This document shows, piece after piece, positions 1 to 9,062 of a stretch of 64,000 nt of DNA. The stretch covers positions 2,080,001 through 2,144,000 of the forward strand of contig OZ241329.1 of the NCBI GenBank assembly GCA_965199825.1. Reading direction: 5' to 3'. Made by a program: the position numbers and the translations under genes. Below the pieces are notes generated by a model. It was not told the DNA's origin, searched no databases, and was given only the letters and a program-made list of their open reading frames with translations. The stretch comes from Bdellovibrionales bacterium. GTDB taxonomy: Bacteria > Bdellovibrionota > Bdellovibrionia > Bdellovibrionales > UBA1609. How positions within the stretch are numbered: the first letter of the stretch is position 1; each line of letters begins with the position of its first letter.

Positions 1-83
1 GGGAAAAAAGGTCTTTCTTGATCTGCATGTCACCTGTAAACCCCAATGGATGAAACGCCCAGAGATGCTTAAGGAGCTTGGTT

Positions 84-1424
84 ATGTCATTACGGACTCT
101 CAATAGAGTCGGACTTTTTGGTCGGCCCAACGTAGGTAAATCAACTTTATTTAATATGCTCACGAGGAGCCGCAAGGCTCTCGTCAAAAATGAACCCGGT
201 GTGACCCGAGATCTCTTGATTGACCGCGCCGACTGGTGGGGACATCAGTTTGAAGTGGTCGACATGGGAGGGGTGACCGAATCAAAAGAGGGTTTTGCTC
301 CGTTGATTCGCGAAAAGGTTTTGTCGAACCTGCACAGCCTTGATCTTTTGTTGGTGATCATGGACGCGCGCGCCGGCGTCTTGCCCGAGGACAAAGACAT
401 TTTGCGACTCGCCAAAGAATCTGGGAAACCTTTTTGTTTGATCGTCAACAAAGTCGATAGCGAAACTAACATCACCAATTTGACTGCCGAATTTTTTGAA
501 TTTGGACTCGATTTTTTTACCACCTCATTTGAAAAACGGGTGGGTGTGGATGAAGTGGTCGAGTGGGTGATTCGCCATCTTGAAGACAAAAAAGCCGAAG
601 AAAAAACGGGCCTGCGCATCACGATCTTGGGTAAGCCCAACGTGGGCAAAAGCTCGCTTTGCAATTATTTGTTAAGAGAAAATCGACTGCTCGTTTCAGA
701 CCGTGTCGGAACTACGGTCGATGCGGTTGAAGTTCCACTGACCTACGACGATAAGCCTTATATTTTGGTTGATACCGCGGGTTTAAGACGCCAAGCGAGA
801 CGAAAAGACGGAGTCGAATATCTCTCGGCCCACATGTCTGAAGAAGCCATCCGTCGCAGCAATGTGGTGTTGTTGGTGGTCGACGCGACTCATGGTCCCT
901 CAGGTCAAGATGTCAAAATGGTGGAACTCTGTCTTGAGCTTCACAAAGCGGTTATTTTAGTCGGCAACAAAATGGATTTGAGCGACAATCGCACTCAAAC
1001 AAAAGAAAATTTTGTGCGATTGATCGAGCGTCACCTCCGATTTTTTCCCGACATTCCATTTTGCTTTGTCAGCGTAAAAGAAGGAAAAGGATTTCGCGGA
1101 TTATTCAGAACGGTCGAAAATGTTGCGGTTCGATTAAAGCAAAAAATCAGCACATCAAAACTCAATAAGTTTTTCTTTGATGTGATCCGTAAAGCTCCGG
1201 CACCTGTTTGGGGCTCATCCAACGTTAAATTTTATTATTTGGTTCAGACTGGCCAACTTCCTCCAAGTTTTATTGCTTTTGCCAATCATCCCCAGGGCGT
1301 AAATCCTTCTTACAGAAAGTTTATTTCAAAACGTCTTAAAGAAGAATTCGATCTGATGGGAATTCCGGTGCGTATATTTGTGATGCCTTCGCATAAAACT
1401 CAACTCGAAGAGAGTCGCGTTTGA
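84..1424 (+). CDS. der: Ribosome biogenesis GTPase Der (EngA)
   Basis: Two tandem GTPase domains (GRPNVGKS/DMGG/NKVD and GKPNVGKS/DTAG/NKMD) plus a KH-like C-terminus. AAGGAG RBS before the ATG at 84. Confidence 0.97.
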   Translation: MSLRTLNRVGLFGRPNVGKSTLFNMLTRSRKALVKNEPGVTRDLLIDRADWWGHQFEVVDMGGVTESKEGFAPLIREKVLSNLHSLDLLLVIMDARAGVLPEDKDILRLAKESGKPFCLIVNKVDSETNITNLTAEFFEFGLDFFTTSFEKRVGVDEVVEWVIRHLEDKKAEEKTGLRITILGKPNVGKSSLCNYLLRENRLLVSDRVGTTVDAVEVPLTYDDKPYILVDTAGLRRQARRKDGVEYLSAHMSEEAIRRSNVVLLVVDATHGPSGQDVKMVELCLELHKAVILVGNKMDLSDNRTQTKENFVRLIERHLRFFPDIPFCFVSVKEGKGFRGLFRTVENVAVRLKQKISTSKLNKFFFDVIRKAPAPVWGSSNVKFYYLVQTGQLPPSFIAFANHPQGVNPSYRKFISKRLKEEFDLMGIPVRIFVMPSHKTQLEESRV

Positions 1425-2791
1425 AGCAAAAGGCATTTGGAACCCGCGCCGGGTTTTATTTAGCCTCATTAGGTTGCGCCTTTGGAATTGGAAATCTTTG
1501 GCGCTTTCCTTATGTGGTTTATGAAAATGGTGGCGGGGCTTTTGTTTTTTTATTTTTTTTAAGTCTTTTTATTATCGGATTGCCGCTGATTGTTGCGGAA
1601 CTTGCAATCGGCAAAATGACCGGCCATTCGAGTGTTCTGGCCTTTGAGCGTCTTACAAACTCAAAGCCAGCAAAAATTTTGGGTGTTCTTTCAACCGCAC
1701 TGACTGTGTTTGTTTTAAGTTATTATGCGGTAATCAGTGGTTGGGTGCTCTACTTTTTTTTAAAATTTGCGTCCGCTATTGCAGCCTTTCAACCGCTTGT
1801 TGCAACCGAAACGCTTCAGCTGTTGCAAGAATCTTCCGACCTCCAAATCTTTCTTACCTTCGCTCACATATGTATCGTGGTCTATATTGTGGCTCGCGGT
1901 GTTCAGCTCGGAACAGAGCGCTTTATCGGACTCTTTATGCCGCTCCTGATCGCGCTTGTTTTTTTACTTTGTGCCAAGGGCTTAAGCCTTGAACATGCAT
2001 CAGAGTCTCTTCATAGTTTTTTGTATCCCGATTTTTCAAAACTTAACGTTTCAAGTTTCGGAAAAGCTCTAGGCCAAGCCTTGTTTACCCTTGGTGTCGG
2101 CTTTGGATCGATGGTCACCTTTGGAAGCTATCTCAATGATCGGGTTTTTATTCCATTTGCCGCATTCCGAGTGGTCGCGCTCGATGCTTTGCTTTCACTT
2201 TTTGCAGGCATTCTCATTTTTCCTTTGATCCACTGGACACCCTTGACTCCTCACGGCCCCGATTTGCTTTTTCAAACAGTCCCTGTGTGGCTGGGCTCGT
2301 TGGCATTTGGAAAAGTATTTGGAGCCGCATTTTTTTTATGTCTTTATCTTGCAGCAGTGGGAGCGAGCCTTGCTCTATTTGAAGCTGTTGTGGCCAATCT
2401 CCAAGAAATCTTAAAAATCTCACGCAAAAAATCAGCAGTGTTTGCAGGCCTCACATGTCTGATTTTTTCGTTGTTGAGTTCTTTGTCGAACACAACTTTT
2501 AAGTGGGTGTCCTACCAAGGCAGAGGATTATTCGAAATTGTCGACTCGGTATTGATTGATGTTTTGTTGCCGATTGTTGCACTTATTTTGTGTTTGATTA
2601 TTGGGAAACATCTCAATCGCCCAGAGATTGTGAAATTGGTGATGAGCGAGCCCAGTGCGGAGGGTGAGCGCGTTTTGCGTCAGTGGGTTTGGCTGATCCG
2701 GTGGTTTATACCGGGGATGGTGGTGGTGGCGCTAGCAGGTCAACTTTACTCCCTCCAGCTGGCCCCTTTAATTGTTTTTTTTGGCGGCTGA
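1421..2791 (+). CDS. Sodium-dependent transporter, NSS/SNF family; the last ~10 codons derive from the IS end
   Basis: GCAFGIGNLWRFPY and NGGGAF motifs, many TM segments, TTG start overlapping the der stop. Confidence 0.92.
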   Translation: MKQKAFGTRAGFYLASLGCAFGIGNLWRFPYVVYENGGGAFVFLFFLSLFIIGLPLIVAELAIGKMTGHSSVLAFERLTNSKPAKILGVLSTALTVFVLSYYAVISGWVLYFFLKFASAIAAFQPLVATETLQLLQESSDLQIFLTFAHICIVVYIVARGVQLGTERFIGLFMPLLIALVFLLCAKGLSLEHASESLHSFLYPDFSKLNVSSFGKALGQALFTLGVGFGSMVTFGSYLNDRVFIPFAAFRVVALDALLSLFAGILIFPLIHWTPLTPHGPDLLFQTVPVWLGSLAFGKVFGAAFFLCLYLAAVGASLALFEAVVANLQEILKISRKKSAVFAGLTCLIFSLLSSLSNTTFKWVSYQGRGLFEIVDSVLIDVLLPIVALILCLIIGKHLNRPEIVKLVMSEPSAEGERVLRQWVWLIRWFIPGMVVVALAGQLYSLQLAPLIVFFGG

Positions 2792-2808
2792 TTTTAATCT
2801 CCAAAATT

Positions 2809-3735
2809 TTAAGCTTCGAGGCCCATCAGATCTAAAAATATGCGGTGGGATTTCTTCGGCTGAATTATAAATTCATTATGATAAAAGGTGTAGATCGCGA
2901 GATGGTTGTTTAAATCCTCAATCTTTTTTGTGGTGCACCAAGTTTTTCGCGACATTCTTTTTAAATTGTCACGAATCATGGCACAAGTGTGGTTGACAGT
3001 GAACAGAGGATCAAAGCCTCCTCGCTTCAGCTCTCCTTGTCCAACAATACAGCCTCTTCTTCCTTTAAACGTCTTATGCTCGTGCTGCTTGAAATGCTTT
3101 TTCATGTCTGAAACATAGTGAGGATTTTGGTCCGAACGAAAAACGCAGTCCTCTCTGATTAGAGGTTTAAGCTTAAGGAAGAGTCTTTGACGAGCTTGAG
3201 GTCTTTCATCTTTCCGGTGGCCGTACTTGATCCGAGCCTTCTTACTCAACAAACCTTTGGCCGGCATCTGGCTGCATTCTGAACCAAGAATGCGCCTGGT
3301 TTTTTTATCAACAGCAAGACTGATGGAGATGGGCTTACATTTCGTATGTTCAAAGGTTTCCATGTCGTCGAACTGAACCTCGGTGACGTTTTGATCATGA
3401 ATTTGTTGGTCTAGAAAACAAAATGAGAGATTTGCAAGAAATCGAAACTTTCGAATCACAGTTTTACGATTCGTTCTCAACACAAGCGCAGTTCTTCGTT
3501 TAGAAAAGCCACCGCAGAGTTTGTGATAAATAGGAATATTTAAAAATCGTTTCCTTTGACGGTAACAAACTTCACGGGTCGCACTTGAAAAACTCTTCTT
3601 ACACCCTAAACAGCAGTAGCGCTGAATCCATTTTTGATCAGATTTTCGAAAAAAGAATCCGGCTTTGCGAACACGCATCCGCTCTTTTCCGGATTGTTTT
3701 TCGCATTCGCAAACGGGATTTGATCTTTGATTCAT
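2809..3735 (-). CDS. Transposase, IS1/IS1595-like (Zn ribbon, HTH, DD[E/N] core)
   Basis: CEC...RYCCLGCKKSF Zn ribbon, HTH-like SKRRTALVLRTNRKTV, VQFDDM, FRSDQ, and VNHTCAMIRDNLKRMSRKTWCTTKK resembling the IS1 InsB C-terminus. Confidence 0.85.
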   Translation of the reverse strand: MNQRSNPVCECEKQSGKERMRVRKAGFFFRKSDQKWIQRYCCLGCKKSFSSATREVCYRQRKRFLNIPIYHKLCGGFSKRRTALVLRTNRKTVIRKFRFLANLSFCFLDQQIHDQNVTEVQFDDMETFEHTKCKPISISLAVDKKTRRILGSECSQMPAKGLLSKKARIKYGHRKDERPQARQRLFLKLKPLIREDCVFRSDQNPHYVSDMKKHFKQHEHKTFKGRRGCIVGQGELKRGGFDPLFTVNHTCAMIRDNLKRMSRKTWCTTKKIEDLNNHLAIYTFYHNEFIIQPKKSHRIFLDLMGLEA

Positions 3736-3748
3736 TCCTGATCAGAAG

Positions 3749-3764
3749 AGCAAACCCTCGGCCA
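3749..3764 (-). promoter_or_regulatory. Sigma54-like -24/-12 promoter for the transposase
   Basis: TGGCCGAGGGTTTGCT matches TGGC-N7-TTGCW spacing and lies 13 nt upstream of the ATG. Confidence 0.5.
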
Positions 3765-3786
3765 CAAACAATTAAGTGGGCCAGCT

Positions 3787-4512
3787 TTAGAAGTTTACGC
3801 CCAGGATTGCGAGCACCGTTATAAAATCCCCCTTCGGATAAAACCCCGTGTGCTCATTGTTGGCCAACACAACCTCTGAATTTTCGTTGGCGAAATTAAC
3901 CAGTTCATAAACAGCTTGGCCACCAAAATACATTTTGTTTCGCATCATCGGAATTTCAATTCCAACGCCCACATCAAAACCCAATGCATTATCCTTTGAG
4001 TAAGCCCCCTCGGCCACCACGGTTGCGGTCCGATAGACCTCGCTAAATCCGCCGAGCAAATAAGGATTTAAGGCTGCAAGACCACGCGTTACGTTTTGGG
4101 TGTTAAGATAATATTTCAGTGACATCCCGATTGCCGAAATATTGGCATCGCCATGAACCTGTGTGCCTGCGCGTGAGGTGTAACTGATCGTGTGATCACC
4201 GGTTAAAAAATTAATTTGCAATGCAAATCGCAAATCGAAAAAATAACTTAAGTAAAGACCGTAGGCCGGTGCACTTTGATAGAGTTGCGACATCGTTTCG
4301 GTTACGACGCGATATCCACCCAAAAATCCAATGGTAAAAAAACGTCCGTTACGAAAAAAGTTGATATCGGCTTCTTCATCTGAGGCCTGATCGAACTCAC
4401 TGTAATCGGCAAAGGGATCGTAGGTTTCGTCAACCTCGGATTGAGCAACCTTGAATTCGGTTGCAAATGTTGGACTAAAAAATATTTGAAGAACAAAAAT
4501 CAGACCTATCAT
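3787..4512 (-). CDS. Outer membrane beta-barrel protein (small, OmpA/OmpW-like barrel)
   Basis: Signal peptide, alternating amphipathic strands (LNPYLLGG, LGFDVGVGIEI), C-terminal Phe (LGVNF). Confidence 0.75.
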   Translation of the reverse strand: MIGLIFVLQIFFSPTFATEFKVAQSEVDETYDPFADYSEFDQASDEEADINFFRNGRFFTIGFLGGYRVVTETMSQLYQSAPAYGLYLSYFFDLRFALQINFLTGDHTISYTSRAGTQVHGDANISAIGMSLKYYLNTQNVTRGLAALNPYLLGGFSEVYRTATVVAEGAYSKDNALGFDVGVGIEIPMMRNKMYFGGQAVYELVNFANENSEVVLANNEHTGFYPKGDFITVLAILGVNF

Positions 4513-4606
4513 TGTGACGCTTCCCCCTTAACGCCCTTATTCTCACTTGGAGTGTCAAACAGAAGCAAGTCTTGTCTCGCAGAATATTCAGATGTTAGAG
4601 AGACAT

Positions 4607-5599
4607 GTGACAATCACATATAAACAATCAGGCGTTGATATCGAGCGCGGTGATGCGCTTGTCGATTGGCTCAAGGCCTCGCCTCAAGGGCCCCACCATC
4701 AAAAAATTGTTTCTGGTATCGGTGGGTTTGCAGCTCTCTTCAAGGCCGACTTTAAATCGATGAGCGAGCCCACATTAGTCAGCTGCACGGATGGTGTGGG
4801 AACAAAATTAAAACTGATCACTCACTTTAAAAGCTATCACACCGTAGGCCAAGACTTGGTCGGTATGAATGTTAATGATTTGATTTGTTGTGGAGCGGAG
4901 CCCTTATTTTTTCTCGATTATTTTGCAACGGGCCATCTCGAGCTCGAAAATGCCAAATCTTTTTTGACGGGCTTAAGATCGGCCTGTGATCAATCCGATT
5001 TGGCTTTGATCGGCGGTGAGACCGCTGAGATGCCCGGGTTTTATCCCAATGGCGAATTTGATTGCGCCGGATTTGCTGTGGGTGTTGTGGATTTGCAAAA
5101 GGCTTTAGGACCAAAAAAAGTGGCAGCAGGCGCAAAGATTTTAGGCATTTCCTCTTCTGGATTTCATAGCAACGGCTATTCCTTGATTCGAAAAGTTTTT
5201 GAAAATGATTTGGATCAGCATCGCGAGATGCTGCTTGAGCCCACCGCGCTTTATGTTCAAGTGGCAAAACTTTTAAAATCAAAATGTGTGGTGCAGGCCT
5301 TTGCTCATATTACGGGTGGAGGGATTCACAATCTGATGCGTGTGATTCCTGATCACTTGGGCGTAGCACTTCAAAGCTGGCAGGTGCCCGAGGCTTTTGA
5401 AATGGTTAAGCAACGTGCGGGGTTGTCATGGGCCGAAATGTTAAAGACCCTCAATTGTGGAATTGGTTTTGTGGTGATCGTTGATCCAAAGGATTTTGCG
5501 ATTGCACAAACGTGTGTGACCGAGTGTGGATTTCAACCTTTTGATTTGGGTGAGGTCACACAAGCCCAAGGTTTTAAGATTTCGGGTTTTTATGACTGA
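4607..5599 (+). CDS. purM: Phosphoribosylformylglycinamidine cyclo-ligase (AIR synthetase)
   Basis: YKQSGVD, DGVGTK, GGETAEMP, SSGFHSNG, HITGGG. GTG start at 4607 chosen; ATG 4592 is possible. Confidence 0.96.
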   Translation: MTITYKQSGVDIERGDALVDWLKASPQGPHHQKIVSGIGGFAALFKADFKSMSEPTLVSCTDGVGTKLKLITHFKSYHTVGQDLVGMNVNDLICCGAEPLFFLDYFATGHLELENAKSFLTGLRSACDQSDLALIGGETAEMPGFYPNGEFDCAGFAVGVVDLQKALGPKKVAAGAKILGISSSGFHSNGYSLIRKVFENDLDQHREMLLEPTALYVQVAKLLKSKCVVQAFAHITGGGIHNLMRVIPDHLGVALQSWQVPEAFEMVKQRAGLSWAEMLKTLNCGIGFVVIVDPKDFAIAQTCVTECGFQPFDLGEVTQAQGFKISGFYD

Positions 5600-6839
5600 T
5601 GTTTTGATTGTTTCGCTTTATGGGCGTGGACATTGGATGGCTTGGGACTTGGCCGATCGCGGTCTTAAAGTTCAACTTGTGGATCTTTCAGAAAGTATGG
5701 GCCGCTGGACGCCTGAGGATTGGGAAGGTCCTTTTGGATTTTCGCAAGGGGAGGGTTTGTTGCCCTCGCAACTTGCACGGCTGCAAGAAGAAGACGATCT
5801 TGATTCTGTGCACGATGGTTTTACTCTTTGGACGCCTTCGGGCCCAGTGGACACACGAGGGCCACTCTCTCAGCACTTTCAAAATGGAATTCTAAATAAA
5901 AATGCTTTTGAATCTCAAGCTCGAGATTTTAAAATAATATGGCCTGGTCTGCTTTCACGATCGTTAAGTAGCAATGTCTATTTTGAGCATTTTTCGGCTT
6001 TGGATTCGCCGTCTCACCTCGATATGTTTCAACCTTTTTTTGTTCATCGTGTGACCCGAAGGGGGCTCCAAAAGTCCTTGGATTGGTGTAAACAAAAAGG
6101 GGTTGAGGTTTTTCAAAGTGCGTCTTTAAGAGATATTCAAACCGAAGGCTCGCAAATCAGCGGTGTTGAAATCTCAAGCGAATTTAAAGGGGTTTTACAA
6201 GCTCAGCAGTATGTGTGGTGCTTGACCAGTGCCGAAACAAAAAAAGTAGAATCAAAGGCTGCAAAAACTCTTTATCCCTCTGGGATTCTCGAGATGGAAT
6301 GGAGTTGGATTCGGTACCGCTTTAGTTTTGATGCCGACATCTATCAAAAGGTGATTCCCACTCATGCGGTCATGATCGATGATCTCAATGTGCCATGGAC
6401 TCACAATAATCTTTTGATTTTGCAAAAAACAGTTAAGCCCCAGCATTGTGATCTTTGGATGAGGCTTCCAACCCATCATCGATTTCAACGGGCGTATCTT
6501 GAAGATATGGGAGCAAAAGCAAAGGAGCTTTTGCTTCGTCGATTGCCTACGGATAAAATTGAAATTTTAGAAATGCCTCAAGATTATCTTTATGATTTTG
6601 AAGAGCTCGGCCCCTCGCTCTTTCCGGTTTATAACAGAACAGCCAAAGAAAAATTTGAGCCGCGAAATTTTAAAAATGTTTTCTATGATGGACCCGAACA
6701 TTGGTTGGGACTGGATTGGATGAATCGATTTCGTTATCAGTCTCAATTGACCGATAAACTAAAAGCTTGGAAACAAAAACAAATCGAGCTTGAACAAAAA
6801 AGGAAGCCTGACAGTGATCGCTCGTTACACGCGCCCTGA
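5592..6839 (+). CDS. Hypothetical protein, degenerate FAD-dependent oxidoreductase-like
   Basis: Rossmann-like N-terminus DVLIVSLYGRGHWMAWDLADRGLKVQLVD lacking a canonical GxGxxG, and a KGVEVF...IQTEGSQISGVEI...QAQQYVW segment. Overlaps purM and purB. Confidence 0.55.
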   Translation: MTDVLIVSLYGRGHWMAWDLADRGLKVQLVDLSESMGRWTPEDWEGPFGFSQGEGLLPSQLARLQEEDDLDSVHDGFTLWTPSGPVDTRGPLSQHFQNGILNKNAFESQARDFKIIWPGLLSRSLSSNVYFEHFSALDSPSHLDMFQPFFVHRVTRRGLQKSLDWCKQKGVEVFQSASLRDIQTEGSQISGVEISSEFKGVLQAQQYVWCLTSAETKKVESKAAKTLYPSGILEMEWSWIRYRFSFDADIYQKVIPTHAVMIDDLNVPWTHNNLLILQKTVKPQHCDLWMRLPTHHRFQRAYLEDMGAKAKELLLRRLPTDKIEILEMPQDYLYDFEELGPSLFPVYNRTAKEKFEPRNFKNVFYDGPEHWLGLDWMNRFRYQSQLTDKLKAWKQKQIELEQKRKPDSDRSLHAP

Positions 6840-8112
6840 AATGGGTGAGCTTTGGGCTCAGCACTCGCGGTTTGATTTTTTGCTTAAAGTTGAGCTTGCG
6901 GTGGCTCAATCACAAAGTGAAGCTGGATTGATCCCTAAAGAGGCTTTTTTAGATATCAGAAACAAAGCTCGCTTTGATGTGGAGCGAATCGCCCAAATCG
7001 AAGAGCAAACAAAACACGATGTGATCGCCTTTGTTTCAAACCTTGCAGAAAATGTTGGCCCCAATGGGCGCTTTATTCATTATTGTTTAACCTCTTCAGA
7101 TGCGCTCGATACGGCATTGAGTCTTCAGATTTTGGCAGCGGGTGAGTTGATCACCAATGAGCTTCGACAATTGACTCAGGTTCTTGCCACCCAAGCCCTC
7201 AAATTTAAAGACACTCTCTGTGCAGGGCGCACTCATGGAATGCATGCCGAGCCCACAAGTTTTGGTCTTAAGCTTGCCGGATTTTGTGAAGAGCTCAGGC
7301 GAAATCATCAAAGATTTTTGGATGCCCTCGAGCAGATTACGATTGGCAAACTGAGCGGAGCGGTGGGGACCTATTCGGCTTTGTCGGTTGATGTTGAAAG
7401 TCGGGCTCTTGAAATTTTAAAATTGCGGCCTGAGGTGATTGCGACTCAGGTGATTCCGCGCGATCGTCATGCCCAAGTTTTATTTGCACTCTCGATGATT
7501 GGTTCTGGGATTGAACGCTTGGCGATAGAACTCAGGCATCTTCAGCGCACCGAAGTGGCTGAGGTGTCCGAGGGTTTTAGCAAAGGTCAAAAGGGATCTT
7601 CGGCCATGCCGCATAAGAAAAATCCGATCTCTGCCGAGAATCTCACCGGCTGTGCTCGGCTGCTCAGGTCTTATTTGCAATCGGCAATGGAAGATATAGC
7701 ACTTTGGCATGAGCGAGATATTTCGCACTCGGCAGTCGAGCGGGTGATCTTTCCTGATGCCTTTATTTTAACCGATTACTGTATTCACCGAATGAAGAAT
7801 TTGGTTTTGGGACTTGAGGTTGATTCAGACAAAATGATGGCCAATATGGAATTGTCTCAAGGAAAATTGTTTAGCTCGCATTTGCTTTTGAAATTGGTCG
7901 AAAAAGGACTACTTCGCGAAGAGGCTTATGCCCTGGTTCAAGAATTGAGTTTTCAAGCCGGCGAAGAGGGTTTACAAACGCTTGCTCTAAAAAATCCCAA
8001 AGTCACACGGTTATTGTCGGCGCAAGATCTTGAAGATGTGTTTTCTGGTGAGGCCCACCGAAAGGCGATCTCGAAGCAAGTCGACCGCTGGCTTTCAAAG
8101 GTTAAAATATGA
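6814..8112 (+). CDS. purB: Adenylosuccinate lyase
   Basis: MIARY start (GTG), TKHDVIAF, GRTHGMHAEP, GSSAMPHKKNP. Confidence 0.96.
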   Translation: MIARYTRPEMGELWAQHSRFDFLLKVELAVAQSQSEAGLIPKEAFLDIRNKARFDVERIAQIEEQTKHDVIAFVSNLAENVGPNGRFIHYCLTSSDALDTALSLQILAAGELITNELRQLTQVLATQALKFKDTLCAGRTHGMHAEPTSFGLKLAGFCEELRRNHQRFLDALEQITIGKLSGAVGTYSALSVDVESRALEILKLRPEVIATQVIPRDRHAQVLFALSMIGSGIERLAIELRHLQRTEVAEVSEGFSKGQKGSSAMPHKKNPISAENLTGCARLLRSYLQSAMEDIALWHERDISHSAVERVIFPDAFILTDYCIHRMKNLVLGLEVDSDKMMANMELSQGKLFSSHLLLKLVEKGLLREEAYALVQELSFQAGEEGLQTLALKNPKVTRLLSAQDLEDVFSGEAHRKAISKQVDRWLSKVKI

Positions 8113-8828
8113 ATCGCGGTTCATTGGTGTACGAAGGTAAGGCAAAAAATCTTTACTCAATTCCAGGCGAGCCCGATCTCATTTGGATGGAATTTAAAGA
8201 TGATCTCACCGGATTTAATGGTTTAAAAAAAGGTGGGTTTGAAGGTAAAGGTGCTTTGAATCTTTCTATCTCTGAAGTGATCTTTGCAAAATTAAAAGAG
8301 GCAGGGGTTGAGTCTCATTTGGTCAAAAAAATGTCGAGCAACGAATGGGTCACAACTAAACTCCAGATTATTCCGCTTGAGGTGATTGTGCGTAATAAAT
8401 TGGCGGGCTCAACCGCCAAAAAATTTAATTTTACCGAGGGCACTCCGCTTGAAAAACCTTTGGTCGAATTTTTTTATAAAAACGATGCCTTGAATGATCC
8501 GTTTTTGAGCGATGATCAGGCCCTCATGTTAAAAGCGGCAAAGTCTCAGGATGAGTTAGAGCAACTCAAAACAAAAGCACTTCAGATCAATCAAATTCTA
8601 AAACAACTTTTTTTAAAAGCAAAATTAGAATTGATCGATTTTAAAATTGAGTTTGGAAGACGTGCCGATCAATCCATATGTTTGGCCGATGAGATCTCGC
8701 CAGATTCTTGTCGATTGTGGGATATCAAAACCCAAGAAAAATTTGATAAAGACCGATTTCGAAGAGATCTTGGCGGCATCGAAGAAGCCTATGCTCAAGT
8801 TCTCGAGCGGCTCAAATCAAAGGAGTAG
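8109..8828 (+). CDS. purC: SAICAR synthetase
   Basis: YEGKAK, PLEVIVRN, DFKIEFG, LADEISPDSCRLWD, DKDRFR. Confidence 0.97.
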   Translation: MNRGSLVYEGKAKNLYSIPGEPDLIWMEFKDDLTGFNGLKKGGFEGKGALNLSISEVIFAKLKEAGVESHLVKKMSSNEWVTTKLQIIPLEVIVRNKLAGSTAKKFNFTEGTPLEKPLVEFFYKNDALNDPFLSDDQALMLKAAKSQDELEQLKTKALQINQILKQLFLKAKLELIDFKIEFGRRADQSICLADEISPDSCRLWDIKTQEKFDKDRFRRDLGGIEEAYAQVLERLKSKE

Positions 8829-8831
8829 AGA

Positions 8832-9062
8832 GTGATAGTGGGTTTAAAAATCTTACCGCGAAAAGAGGTCCTTGATTCTCAAGGGCGAGCTGTGGAGCAG
8901 ACATTAAAAGCTCACGGATTTGATCTGACTCAATGTCGGGTTGGAAAATATATCGAGATCGAAGTCGAAGCTCTTGATAAAAATGAAGCCCATCAAAAAA
9001 TCAAAGCGATGGCCGACTTCGTTTTGTATAATCCTTTGATCGAAAGTTATGAGCTTATATGA
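8832..9062 (+). CDS. purS: FGAM synthase subunit PurS
   Basis: VLDSQGRAV, RVGKYIE, LYNPLIESY. Lies between purC and purQ. Confidence 0.93.
   Translation: MIVGLKILPRKEVLDSQGRAVEQTLKAHGFDLTQCRVGKYIEIEVEALDKNEAHQKIKAMADFVLYNPLIESYELI

Larger units (their letters stand above)
2761..3782 (-). mobile_element. Insertion sequence, IS1/IS1595-like, 1022 bp, with 17-bp TIRs and a 4-bp AGCT target duplication
   Basis: Left end GGCCCCTTTAATTGTTT (2761-2777) versus right end reverse complement GGCCCACTTAATTGTTT (3766-3782), 15/17 identical. AGCT at 2757-2760 and 3783-3786. One transposase inside. Confidence 0.88.

Noticed and set aside
2809..3735. Programmed -1 frameshift as in IS1 insA/insB
   Set aside because: The Zn ribbon, HTH and catalytic regions are already in one continuous frame.
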